DNA of 63,286 bases, filler included, from Sluysia triapertura (Eukaryota): the NCBI GenBank assembly GCA_046118255.1. It is 5 parts of 5 records of this genome, joined end to end, with 100 filler letters (N's around TTAATTAATTAA, not from the genome) between each part and the next. Parts side by side here need not be neighbours in the genome. Positions count along the whole stretch, not along the records: positions 1 to 12,303 come from JBJNIA010121416.1; positions 12,404 to 24,827 come from JBJNIA010110979.1; 3 more parts are not named here. One strand, given 5' to 3'. Within the stretch, counting starts at the first letter, position 1, and each line of letters starts with the position of its first letter. The notes under the pieces were generated by a model. The model saw nothing but the letters and a program-made list of their open reading frames with translations. It ran no database searches and was not told where the DNA came from. A program made the position numbers and the translations under genes. This document shows positions 1 to 13,014 of this stretch, piece after piece.

Positions 1-70
<70 letters not shown>
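1..70. repeat. (AAT)n microsatellite
   Basis: Perfect AAT run. Similar AAT/ATT tracts occur near 712-762, 29435-29485, 35758-35817, 49075-49128 and 53591-53648. Confidence 0.98.
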
Positions 71-73
<3 letters not shown>

Positions 74-315
74 GTGGTAGTAGTATTAATAATCATCGCA
101 AATGTCATGAATATTAATGAATAATAATAGTAATAGTAATAGTACAATAATAATAGTAATAATAGTAGTATAACAATAGTAATAAAATAATAATCTCCAT
201 TCTTTTTTGTTGAATTATTCAATATTATTATTTTAAATAGTTTTTTATTATTTTTAATTTTTATTATTTTAAATGAATATTATGTTATGCTTAATTTTAA
301 ATGAAATAAATATTA

Positions 316-620
316 TGTTACACTATGATTCCCGCCTAACAATTTTATTTTATTACAGTCAATTATACTATCATTATTCTAAGCGGTATTTTAGGCCTGT
401 ATCTCAACATATTTCACCCAATTCAATTATGTTTAACTTCAAACATCTTGTAAAAAATTAATTTCAACATCGAAAGGGTATTCGATATGTGGGCTCACCA
501 AATGTTAGACTTCATATAATAACTGACCGGCTGTGCAGTTCGATGCTCTGACTAATGAGCTGTTAGCCCCGTCATTTATGCCATCATTATTTTATGACAC
601 TTTAGGCCTGTACCCCAACA
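316..620 (-). mobile_element. Miniature LTR element (TRIM) with tRNA-like LTR, copy A: two LTRs, PBS and short internal region
   Basis: On the minus strand LTR1 runs 620-503 (TGTTGGGGTACAGGCCTAAA...tRNA-like...GAAGTCTAACA). It is followed by TT and the PBS-like TGGTGAGCCC, a ~90-nt internal region ending in a purine-rich tract, and LTR2 at 409-316 (TGTTGAGATACAGGCCTAAA...TAACA, internally deleted). Confidence 0.75.
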
Positions 621-709
621 CTTTACCTCAATTACATTACTAAATTGATTTATTATTAAAATTTAAATCAAATTTTTCTCAAAATTTTATTTAAATTAAA
701 TTTTACTAA

Positions 710-764
<55 letters not shown>

Positions 765-3700
765 TTTATAGTATAATTATTATTAAAATTTTATTTTATT
801 ATTTCTTTTTGTTTTAATAATATAAAATTCAAGAGTACTTTCCAAATTTTTAAAAATTTTTCATAACTCACGAAAAGAGATATGTATTAGAGAAATACCA
901 AAATGGAAGGATTTATCAAGTCAATAAATAATACTTTGAATTATTATTTATTCAAGTAGTTCCAGTAATAGTCAAGTCCAGTGTTATCCAGAAAGTCATT
1001 GAATGAATGATTGAAACTTAGAGAAGTATGCCAACAATAAATCTTAATTTAATGACACCATTATGTATTGTGTGGTTCTACAAAACATGATCCATTTCTT
1101 AAAATGAAATTCGATTGTTATTCGAAACATCATCATATTGTAACTCGAAGTTAAATCTAAAGAGTTTCTCATTCAAAATTGTTCAATCATGAAACAGAAG
1201 AAACAAAGATTTGATACAATTTTCTACTCGATTTAAAAATTGGATTGTGATTCCATTACGAATTTATGATACAAAAGATGTTATCGAATGAATTAAGATT
1301 ATGTTCTAAAACTAATGAAATGTGTGAGTTTTGGAATAAGAAGTGTGTTCTTAAGGTTTTTACGATTTTTGAGCCTTTTAATGATAGATGTTTCAAAAAC
1401 TCTTGCTTAAAATACAAAGTATACATCGATTTCAGTCAGCTTTAAGTCGTACAGATGTAAATTTTATTCAATTAAAAGTGATAACTTGACAGCGATTTTA
1501 GTTTCTAATTAAAGTCACTGATCAGTGTTATTAACCTCGAATAGTTATATAATCCATAACTTTACTGTGAATTCGAATTCGTGCTATAATAAGAATAATA
1601 ATTCCTCAAGTTCTCTTATGAAAATTATTTATAAAAAAGTAAAACCAGAATTGAAAAAGTGTTTATTATATTTCTTATATTCGATGTTTCCACTTCCTTG
1701 GTTGATTTGTTCGATTATTAGTATTCAGATTAGTTACATAATAATTACCGAATCAAATAATGTTATTAGTTAATATTAACTCTTTCCATTCCGGCCCAGT
1801 GATAGATTTACTCCACCAATAACACCAGCACTGCATCAGTTACAAGTTTGTATGTGAATATATGAAATAAAAAATACTCATCAGTTTGATGTATACTTGT
1901 TATGTCACATTTTTTCGCGACCCCTAGGGACTAAAATAAAAATAATAAAGTAAATTTTTTTAATAATAGCATATTAGAACATGCTACTCTTGTTGAGACT
2001 GATTTTTGAATTAAGAAAAATATACTATTTTGTCGACTAATGATAATATCAATAAAATAAAAGAATAATTGTATTAAACATTATTTAAAATTATACTTCT
2101 CATATTTAAAGAATGTTTTCTTATGAATACTTTGCTATAACTTTGAAATTTCTCGCGCCCCCCTTTTGAAGAATACTAATGTAACTGATCCGATTTTTCA
2201 CGTTCACTGTGATCTACGAGTTATTTCGTAAGTTGAAGTTTGTGTTTGGGTCTCTCATCAACGAACATGTTTAAAATACATGTAAATTATACTATTTTTG
2301 TACCTAGTTTAAGTCTAGGTTTAATATCAGACTTAATATATTAATTTTTTATTATATTTTATGTATATTTCTATTTCAATATTTGATTTTGTACATTTTT
2401 ATAGTAAACATTCAAGAGTGTTTGTGTTTAATTTTCAACAAAGAATCCAAAGGTGATTATGAGATACGAACTATTTGAGTAATATAAAGATTAATAAGAA
2501 AGAATTTGTAACAGTAATCACTTAAGAATAAGATATATATACAGATTTTATTAATGTATTTTAAAACATCTTTTTAGAAGAATATAGACGAATCCATACT
2601 GATTATTCATTTTCAGAGGAGATCCAGTCGAAACATAATTGTATAACTATTCGAAGTAATTGTGTTTTCAGAAGGAAAAAAATTAATGAATATGATTGAA
2701 ATGATGTTAGAAAAGAAAAATGTAATAATGACGTTGAGTTCCGTGCTCGACTTGATAAGTGATTGAAAAGAATTAAAGAGATAGCGTTATTATTTAATTA
2801 GTTATTATTTTCTGAATCTAATAACACACATATCTAAATAAAATACGTCTTCACACTTTAATATCACTATAGGACGCGCTTCTGCGTGAATTTTAGAGGA
2901 GCGAAATATTTATGTAAAATAAAATAGTTTATCAAGAATAATAAAGTATAGTTCATTCTTTACGTGAACTGTGTTCACTCTCTGGATTGTACTGCTGGGC
3001 ATTATCTGGGAAGTTGGGAACTTTATGAATGATGTTTTACTGAATCTCATATACTTCATCATCTATATGTTCATGGTTTATTCGTTTCATCTGACTTGCA
3101 GAATCACATAACTATTTTAAAGCAGAATGATTTTGTGTTGAACTGTGATTAGAGTTTACAGTTTAATTTGTTACAGTTGGAACTTGACACAAAATGTCAA
3201 ATCAACAAATAATATACATAAACAGAAACAATCTTCACGCGATAATTATGATAACAATACGTATTGCAACATTGATACACACAAACCAAAATTTAATTTC
3301 ATCGTTAAAATTACAATTGTTGATGATATTGTTGTCATAATTGTTATGTTCTATTGTTGTTACGTACTGTTGCTATTTTTTATTATCTCTTATTATTTGT
3401 TATCACTATGATTATTGTTATTCGATAAGAACAGTATTTACGATGAAAAACTTTTGAGAATGCATTTATTGAAAACACGGAATACGACATTCTTATTTTA
3501 AATTAGAATATGTCCAAATTGGAACAAAATAAAGAAAACATACATGAACAAATGAGAATCCAAATCATTGGTTGATAAAAATTCCAGTTTTCACCAAATG
3601 AATTATGGTTGATGAAGAAGGAAATGTGGGAAGCAAACGAATATTGATTACTCGGTTAGATTCTGAATCAAGTGACAATCAATCAAATTATATTTGTAAT

Positions 3701-5549
3701 GTCAAATCTAAAGAAACGGATTCAAAAATGAAGCTTAGTTCAACATGAGTAAGATATAAAGGATTATAGAAAGTGTTTCAAAATTATATAGTAATTTAAG
3801 TTTAATTTTTATTGATACTAAACAAATTAAAATTGTTCCTTTTATAAGTACATTATTATTACTATTATACTTAAAACAGTAAGTTGGTATTAATTATGGT
3901 TACCTAACAAATTTAATTAAAAAATATCGATTGTTTTATAATTATTATTAAAAATGTGATTATTTGGTAAATGGAATGAATTAACATAGATAGCGCAAGT
4001 AACAGTACAAGAATCGTTTCAATATTTGCTGTAGTTGTTTTATATTTTTTCTAAGTTTAATCCAATTACATTTACATATTTTTCTTGAATATTATGGTCA
4101 TGGATTAAAATTTAAATTATCATCTGTGATGAGCGATCCAAAAGATTATGTAACAAATATACAATTATCTTTTAATAGAACTGAAACTATCATTGTAGTA
4201 GTCATGTTAGTTAAATTATGTAACAATAATTATATAATAATGTAGCTCAGTATTTACTTCAGTCAAGCTTAATAAAATTTATAGTTTTGTTTTTTGTTTA
4301 AGGTTACTTAAATATGATGATGGTAAACATGTTATTAACATAACAACACAATCTGGTTCCGAAATGAGTTATCCAATATTTACATCTAATATTATCGGTG
4401 TTCTTAATTTTGCAGTAATTGAGACAATTCTTAATTTTATTCCTATTACAGTTTCATTGTTTTTCATATTTTTTGACTTATTTCGCAGTTCCGTTAATTT
4501 GACAACAGTTTTATTATTTCGTAGCTTTTGTGGCAATAAGAGTTAATAAAATTTTGTATTATTTGGTTTTTGGTGAGTCAATATTAAATTATGATATATT
4601 TGTGGTTCTTTATAATGTATTAAAACACATTTCTCTATTCAATCAGTACAATTTTTCTCCCGTTACTGTGGTGTTATTTAATGAAAATTTATTGATCAAG
4701 AAATATTAATATTTTTTGTTTTGTGTTTAATCAATTTATTCGTAATTTTTACGAAATTTTCATCATGAAGATTTACAAGTTTTACCTCAAAACCTTATTA
4801 TATTAGGAACTTAAGGTAAATGGTTAAATCAGTTGGAGTGATATCGAAATCTCACTTGGTGGTACAAACAACAACAACAACCTTAACATTATTTTTATCT
4901 ATGTAATGAATACGGAAAATTTTTATACTTACCAAACATTAAGTATAACTGCTATTGTTAATTTTGTTTTAGTATGAAACTGTTGAAATGCATCATGAGA
5001 AAATTTTATAAAAAACCGTGGTCAATATATGTCGGTAACATTTTAAAAAATCACTTGTGAAGAGCAAACGAAAACAATCAAATGAACAAGCAAACAGGTG
5101 AATTTAGTTTATTTAAGTTGATTTTTTACCACATCCAAGCAACTGTATGAAATCAATTTCATGAACAACAATATCAACAGCAGCAACTTCAACAATACCA
5201 ATAGTAACTACTTCATTACAAACTCTATTTGGTTTCTCAAAATATCAAATTATTAACTAATTTAAATATTAAGCATCAAATTTTAAGTTACAATGCAACT
5301 AATGATAATATAAATGAAATATTTGATAAATTTAGGGTCAAGTTCTCTAAGAATGGAGAAATTTAAAGTGGGAGAAAGTTAAATTGACAAGCTAACGTAT
5401 TAATGAGTAGATAGTTCCTAGGTTGGTATCCAAATTTTAGAAGCATATTTTGTTAGAACAAAATTTATAAATGGTACTTCATGCATTAAAACTCCACAAA
5501 GTTTAAAAGTACGAATGTTAGATATATCTAACATTTAAATTAATGGTCA

Positions 5550-5580
<31 letters not shown>

Positions 5581-5606
5581 AAAATTTTTTATGAATTACT
5601 AAATAA

Positions 5607-5720
5607 TAAAATACATAATTTGTAAAATTGTTGAGATTATCCAACCAGTGAGTGGAAAAAGGGTGAAGAATCGATACAAAATGATGAAGTGAGTATGTGG
5701 AGTGAGCATGTTGAAAGTGA
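5607..5720 (+). repeat. ~115-bp direct repeat, copy 1 (copy 2 at ~7124-7238)
   Basis: Near-identical sequence AATACATA...GATTATCCAACC..GAGTGGAAAAA..GTGAAGAATCGATACAAAATGATG..GAGTATGTGGAGTGAGCATGTTGAAAGTGAA lies on both sides of the SLC4 exon. Confidence 0.9.
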
Positions 5721-6072
5721 ATAAAAAACTGTTCCACTGTTCATAAAAAATGGTTTAAGTAGGCAGCGTTGGGTTTAAAAAATTGGTTCCAGCACACTTT
5801 GCAGTGTTGTATATGGACATGCTGCGTTTTATACTTAGTTTACTTTCAAAGATTATTAAACAATGGTTTATAAGACAGTGCTCGATATTATTATTATAAT
5901 CATTGAGCTATTTTATTAATAATAATGTTCTACAATTTTAAAACATCGATTTCGCCGATAAAACACATGGCAAATCAAGCAAATGAACCCTGCCGAGAGA
6001 TTGTGAAGATATATGTGCATGTATGTCAAATATATCTACTGTGGAAACACTTTTTGTATTTATATATTTATA

Positions 6073-6470
6073 ACGGGGTGTCCAAATTACGGCTATTTGA
6101 AGGATTATCTGTGGCTCTCGATAAATGTATTCGAGTTCCCTTTACATTTTTGTATTATTATATTTTAAAAAATGATTATCTTTTATTGTCTTTCAAATTA
6201 CTGTGACAACAAATATGATAGACTAAGCGCAACACGTTGTAAAAAATTTCATTTCCGTCCAAGTTAAGAATATTATGTTTAATTTTTAATATTTAAATTT
6301 AATACACATATTTTATACTTTTATTTACATGTTTTCAATAAATATAATTTCGGTAAAAAAATATTTGTAAATACCTTTTATGCTTATTTAATACTTATTT
6401 AATTGTGGGTGGCGAAAAATTTCAAATTTTGAAAAATGGCTCGGACTATCAAGGAGCTTGGCCAACCTTA
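6073..6470. mobile_element. Decayed non-autonomous hAT-type element
   Basis: Left end CGGGGTGTCCAAATTACGGC and right end TTGGCCAACCTTATG resemble hAT (Buster/Charlie) termini. Confidence 0.45.
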
Positions 6471-6804
6471 TGGATATTATGTTATTGCCAATAAAATTTT
6501 AATTACCTTCAATAGTGAATTCCTTCCTCTGGGGCCAAATTATTTAATGTATATTCGTTTAATTTCGTTAATTTTTTTATTTTAAGATATTTCAAGAATG
6601 ATTTCTTTGTAAATTAAATTGTTTTTCTAAAATATTAATTTTTTATAATATTAGACTATATTTTCACATTAATAATAATGATAATAATAATAATTTTCTG
6701 AACAAAAATAGAAATAAATTAAATTTATTTTTCGTAATTTAAATTAAAATATAAATAGCTATTTAATTTAAAACATTTTGCTATATATGTATTATTATTT
6801 TCAG

Positions 6805-7021
6805 ATCTTTGCCAATAACGCGAGTTCATTTGTTCACAATAATACAATTTATTTGCTTGATTCTATTGTGGGTTATCAAATCTGTGAAAGTTCTAGCAAT
6901 AGGATTTCCTTTGATGATTTTAGCAATATGTTTTATTAGAAAAGGAATGGAATGCATTTTTACATACCAAGAACTGGAACTCTTAGATCACCCACTTCCA
7001 GGATCCAAGCCTAATAAAACG
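6805..7021 (+). CDS. SLC4-family bicarbonate transporter / anion exchanger, penultimate coding exon
   Basis: Acceptor tttcag and donor gtaatc bound the exon. It translates to SLPITRVHLFTIIQFICLILLWVIKS..AIGFPLMILAICFIRKGMECIFTYQELELLD, the C-terminal transmembrane signature of SLC4. No upstream exons were found in this contig. Confidence 0.93.
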
Positions 7022-7599
7022 GTAATCTTTTAAATCTATATTTATCAATATACAGCCAAGTAAGTTATATAAGATGTAAAAATATGAGTATAGGTACGAT
7101 GTATTTAAGTAATTAAATATTAGAATACATAAATTGTAAAATTGTTGGGATTATCCAACCGGTGAGTGGAAAAAAGGTGAAGAATCGATACAAAATGATG
7201 TTGAAATGAGTATGTGGAGTGAGCATGTTGAAAGTGAAAGCATCTATGATCATTTTGAGAATTGAAAAATACCTTAGAGTTCCAAAGACATTTGTAAGGT
7301 TTTGAGACTCTTCGGGAGCCTTGAAGCAACGTTTTGAAGCATTAAAGAACCTTTGAACTTCTGAATCTTCAGACGAATTTACGATCTAATAAACATTTAA
7401 GGATCTTTGAAATCTTGAGAAGTATTTGAATAGCCCTATAAGTAGTTGAAATCCTTGAAATATTTAAGAAATGAAATTATTGTTATTAATATTAAAGATA
7501 AATTTGATACATTAATAATTAACATAAAAAAAGTAGAACGATGAAGATGAAAACATCTAGAACCCTGTGAGTACCTTATAAAGTACCAAACAACTTTAA

Positions 7600-8200
7600 A
7601 ACCTAAACATAAAATAAGATTAAGTCTAAAAATAGATTAATTAATTAAAAATCTTAATTAACTTAATTTAAAAAAGAACGTCTGAATGCGGTATGCTATG
7701 AAAAAGTTGTGATTATGTATGTGTTAGTTTTTAAAAGATCCTTTTAGATGAAGATATGGTTAGACCGGGTTCATGCAAGGAAAGCTTTAATATTGAGCAA
7801 AGTCAAATTTAATTAATTCACAATTATAGAATGTTGAACTTTTCATATTTGGAATACTGAAAGAATGATAAGTTGAATCTGGGATTATTGCTGTGAAAGA
7901 GTATCTGGAGGTGAGTTTGAAATGTTTGTTGAATGATCTATTAGATAATAAGAACCTTAAACATTTTCCATTAGATAATTGAGTTTGAAAACCTTAGGAT
8001 CAATTTAATTTTAGAAACTAAAATTAAATTTATCATTTTCATGTATGTTGACAATACTGATGATTGTTATTTTAATGAGAGATATAATTTTACAAAAAAA
8101 AGTAGACTAAAAGAAATAATGTACTCGTCAAAACTGTTATTGTTGGTCTGATTGTCTCTAATTGTGTGAGAGATTGTTTGATTGGATAATGAGAAAATAT
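7600..8200 (-). mobile_element. Decayed 3' fragment of an L2/Rex-Babar-like non-LTR element (dispersed family)
   Basis: Homologous to 46050-46520, 36024-36180 and (inverted) 56700-57150. Better copies translate to FYISLL...TTxTWYGLS and PFYKHFEL...FLPT, resembling the post-RT C-terminus of this group. Confidence 0.5.
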
Positions 8201-8701
8201 AAATGGAATACTTAAAAATTTTACAACACATAAAATAATATTAACAGTTTCACTTGTGGATCATTTAATTTTAATTGTATTTTATTGATTTACAAATAAA
8301 TTTCATTTCAGAAAAAAATAAGTCAATAATTACTGTTTAAAGAATAAATTGTTTTAAATTAAAATCACTGTGAATTATTTAACTACTTTTATTATTTTTT
8401 AATACTTATATTATCTTTAAGCTTTGTAAAAGCTGTTTTTAGGAGACTCCTGCCCAAATCGTTTTAGAATAAAATTATTAAGAATTATTTAATTAAGTTA
8501 TTTTTAGTACTAAAATAACTTTTCTTTTAGAGTATAAGATTTTTTTGGAAATTTTGTTATTTGCCTCACCCCTTGATTACTAGTGTGACGATGGAGAATT
8601 AGTGCTCCATTTACTTGATTGATACAACTGTTCGACCAGCAATCCAATATTTTGGTAGTATTACTACTTAATAATGATTTTGTTGAAATATATTATATTA
8701 A

Positions 8702-8770
8702 CCCCTTAACGCGCAGAAACGTATTAACACGGGTGTGCACGGTTTTTTTAAAAAATTGTGCATTAAGGGG
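8702..8770. mobile_element. 69-bp piggyBac-type MITE
   Basis: TTAA|CCCCTTAACGCGCA ... TGTGCATTAAGGGG|TTAA: a 14-bp imperfect TIR with CCC/GGG ends and a TTAA target duplication. Confidence 0.8.
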
Positions 8771-9102
8771 TTAATAAAGGACATTAACATTTCGTGTGCT
8801 GTGTCCAGGAATTTTGAGTGTTTTATTTATTAACTGATTATATAAAGACATTGATTTATAAGTGATAATATTTATTATTTCTGTGGTTAAAGAATAATTA
8901 TTAATTTGCATTCATTTTGAATTTTATTAAGCAAGGATTTTACATTAAATTAATTTAATAATTAAAAAGTTTGATATACATTTTATTTATCAATATTTTT
9001 TGCAACATTACAGATAAAATAGAACTTTAATGTTGAAAATATAATTTTAAATATATTTAAATTTAAATTAATTTAATTTTAAATTTATTTGTTTCTATTA
9101 AG

Positions 9103-9210
9103 ATTTCTTCATGTTGCAAACGTTCATCTACTACTAAACTTGACGTTGAGTTATCAAGTAATCAAAACGATGAAGATAATGGAAACCGTGAAAATTCATT
9201 AAATAGATAA
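9103..9210 (+). CDS. Probable terminal exon of the SLC4 gene
   Basis: Acceptor ttctattaag is phase-0 compatible with the donor at 7022. It reads ISSCCKRSSTTKLDVELSSNQNDEDNGNRENSLNR*, with AATAAA at ~9477. Confidence 0.7.
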   Translation: MSSCCKRSSTTKLDVELSSNQNDEDNGNRENSLNR

Positions 9211-9625
9211 ACCTGTAATTTCAGTCTATCCTCCATATAAAAATGATTAAACTTAGACTTACTAAACAATTAGATTTTATATTCTACCAAAAAATTATTA
9301 GATGATGTTTTTAAATATAACATTGGCTTTTATTTTTGAAAATACCAATTTTTTGATAATTTTATTTTCTAAAAATATTTCAATGATATTACTAATTAGT
9401 GTCATAAAAATTTGCTGCTTGCTTTGTTTTATTTAATTAATTGTATTTTATATTTCATTTTATTGAAAAACTCGCTAATAAAATTCTTTTTATATAAATT
9501 GTTTAGTTGTTAATTTTTCTAATTTTACAATTTCTACTTATTTTAAATTAGTAAAAAAAATTTCATTAATTTTAAATATTTTTTATCTAAATTAAAGTTA
9601 CATATAATGATTGATCACATGATAA

Positions 9626-9919
<294 letters not shown>

Positions 9920-11011
9920 TAGACGAATTTATATTTAGAAAACGTCACTGAAAGTAAAACTATTTAACATTAAACAATTGTTGATATATTCAATTAATTG
10001 GACTGTGCTAATAAAAGTTTATGATAATTCTTATTTAAACTGTATTTTTAAGCTTTAAAGGCAGTTATAATTAGATTTGGTATATTTATAATCTGTACTT
10101 TACGTGAAGGTTCAAATTCAATTAACTCGCTTATTTATAATGATTTAAGCTCTTAAAGAAATTTTAACAAAAAAGATATTTACTAAAACATGAAACTAAT
10201 TCCAATTTCTACATTTTCTCGTTCTTTGTACAGTAAATTGCGGATTTAATATGATGTAATAGCGATTGTTTGCAAAAGGCTAAGAATGTCTTACTATGAA
10301 TGTAAGCCACGTTTCATCAGAATATTCATGTATGTTGTATTGAATCAAAGAAGTAATAATACAGTTTTGCTGGTAAAAAAAGTGATTTATTCCAATAAAT
10401 TTTGAATTTTAATAGTCAATTAATAATGAATCATTATCTCTATGAATATATCAACAAAAAGAATTTTTTTATATTACAATTTAAAATTTTGACAAGTATT
10501 AATTCTTGGTTTTCCAGTATCTCATTTATTTTACTAGGCATTATACGTTTATTATACTTTTAATATAATGACATTTTGTTTTTTAAGGAAATCTTGATTG
10601 TTTATGATATTGGGTAATACTTAGGAAACAACAGTTATATAAGTTGTTGAACGATATTAAAAAGTTTAAAATGTTAAGATGGGGTGTTAGCTTGTTATTT
10701 TTCAAACATTTTGTCAAAATAATGAAATGGTCGTTTTGTACTAAAGACAATATGTTAAAATATTCAATATTTATTAATTATCAATTTTAAACATAAACAG
10801 GATTTATTTAACCAATTTTATTTTCAAAAAGGTAAAAACAAAGAAAAATTAACAAAACACAATATCAAATGAATTTGAAAGTAAATAAAAATCAAAACTG
10901 TTAAGTAAGTCACAACTTTTCTATTTTAATACAATACCAAGAAACGATATAAAATTAAAAAATATATCCGTCTTGACTGCAGTTACTAAACACCATTTGT
11001 TTCGTATAAAA

Positions 11012-11191
11012 CAGTGTTCTTCAAAAGGGGGCCACAACTCACTTGTGGGTCGAGAGAAATTTCAAAGTTATAGTAAGGTATACATAAGAAAATATTCTTT
11101 AAATATGATATGCCTAATTTTTAATAATGTGTTCTTCAAAGGGGGAATGACCGAACTGTGGGTCGCTGCACAAAAAATGTGAAGACTACTG
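11012..11191. mobile_element. hAT-type MITE in the K2P intron
   Basis: Termini are CAGTGTTCTTCAAA and TGTGAAGACTACTG. The flanks GTATAAAA / GTGTAAAA form a 7/8-identical 8-bp TSD. Confidence 0.8.
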
Positions 11192-11496
11192 GTGTAAAAA
11201 CGGAAATATCTATTCTGTCATTTGTTCAATGATTGTGGAATGATTGGAATATGTACAAAAGAGTAAAATTGATATTTCTTTCTCCACGTAGTCCTTAATT
11301 GAAGACCTAATTGAAGAATCGTTTACAAAATAGAAATGACTTATCAAGAGATGATTTGAAGAAAGTGATAAATAATTTAAATTAACTTTTATATTCAAAG
11401 CAAGATTGAATGCATTTGTAATATCTGTATCACAATTAATACAATTAATAAAATATCGCAAATAAACAATAAATGTTAAATTACAAATCAAATAAC

Positions 11497-11662
11497 TGTT
11501 AGGCTGACCGGAAATCGAACTCTGCACCTCTCCCTTCGCAGCCATGCTCACCAAATGTTAGACTTAAATAAATGGACAGATGCTCTGACAATTGAGTTAA
11601 TTTTATTTTATAGTCAATTATACTATCATTATTCTATTTCAATTTAGGTCTGTGCCTCAACA
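11497..11662 (-). mobile_element. tRNA-LTR miniature element, copy B (internally deleted, with TSD)
   Basis: Minus strand: TGTTGAGG...AGTCTAACA, then TT-TGGTGAGC (PBS), joined to a tRNA 3' half (GAGTTCGATTTCCGGTCAG) and CCTAACA. TAAC flanks both sides (11493-11496 and 11663-11666). Confidence 0.8.
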
Positions 11663-12186
11663 TAACCGTCAAATGACAATTAACTTAACAGAGCACTGTT
11701 AGCATAGAATTAGGAAAATAAACTAAGACTGACACAACCAAAAATTAAATTAAAGTGACCTATTTAAAAAGAAGTGATAAATAACCGTTGTCATAAATTA
11801 ATATAATGCGCGCCTTTCCGCTCAATATAATTGGTCGCGATTCCAAGAATTTCGTTAAATTAACTCACCTATGCAGTATATTTTTAATCATTGTTTCTGT
11901 GAATTATAATTAAATAACACGCAATCAAAGCACACTCACTAAGCCGATTATTTTGTCAAACCAACTTAAATTAAACCTGACAAGCCATGCAAAGTGATTG
12001 GTTCGTATCTAGAAACGAGAATTACACTTACACTGGTAAATTTACAATAAATTTCAATAAAATATATTAATTACAGAAATAATTATCGCAGTTTTAATAC
12101 ATATATGTTGAAATATCTTTATATCACTAAAGTATTCCGTTAAAGTAAACGTTAAATTTTATTGTTCAATAAACATGTCACTTTAA

Positions 12187-12303
12187 CCCATTCGCTGCCA
12201 AGGACGAGTATACTCGTCCTACTTTGAATGTATTATAACATGCAGGCTTTTGAATAAGCAAATTATAAATATAAATGGCAATGGGGATGATTTCATATAA
12301 TTT
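12187..12303 (+). mobile_element. Probable piggyBac-type terminus truncated by the contig end
   Basis: TTAA|CCC is followed by the perfect palindrome AGGACGAGTATACTCGTCCT. Confidence 0.5.
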
Positions 12304-12403
12304 NNNNNNNNNNNNNNNNNNNNNNNNNNNNNNNNNNNNNNNNNNNNTTAATTAATTAANNNNNNNNNNNNNNNNNNNNNNNNNNNNNNNNNNNNNNNNN
12401 NNN
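12304..12403. other. Artificial contig spacer
   Basis: 44 N + TTAATTAATTAA (stops in all six frames) + 44 N. Confidence 0.97.
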
Positions 12404-13014
12404 CTTGACTTAGTAAAGATAGAATTGTTTTATTTTGCTTATTATTTTATTATATTTTTTAACAATAATCATAATGAATAATAATGTTAATATGTCAATA
12501 TATACAAACATTGATATAATTGTTAGACAGTATGTAAATACTTATATATGTGTGCTATTTATAACTTCCTTGATTTATTGATTTATATTAATTAGTAATA
12601 TTTTTTTTTGTTATTTGGATTATTAAAATTATTTAAAAATTTGGAATAAGATTATTATTTGAAATTAGTAAGTTCTTTTTATTAAAAAGATTTTATCTAA
12701 TAAATATTAATAAAAGTTAAAGTTTTGTGTAATAAATATTAAAATTAATAAAACTTTTTAAAAAATTTAAATTTGTTGTTTAAATTTAAATGTGTTATTT
12801 TAAATGTGTCAAGGACAGTTTTATCAAACTCAAGACAAATCACAATTTTTTTATTTGCTATTCCTGATAACTGCGATTATTTGCTAACTGTCCTTTAAAA
12901 TTTTCCTTAGTTTATTTATTTATAAGCTCTTGATACAATTTAGTATTTTTTTAAATTACAGTTAAATTATTGGTTGATTATTTATTGGAACCTTTTCATG
13001 GTTTTCTTAGGTTG

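Noticed and set aside
880-1300. Penelope-like RT remnant
   Set aside because: Only vague motif echoes amid many stops; not supportable without a search.
273-6206. Short ORFs of 60-93 aa from the ORF track
   Set aside because: Composition is I/F/L/N/Y/K-biased as expected by chance in AT-rich DNA, with no motifs or splice support. The same applies to most short ORFs elsewhere.
12348-12359. TTAATTAATTAA repeated inside each N run
   Set aside because: Identical 44N-12-44N layout four times with six-frame stops; an assembly linker, not biology.
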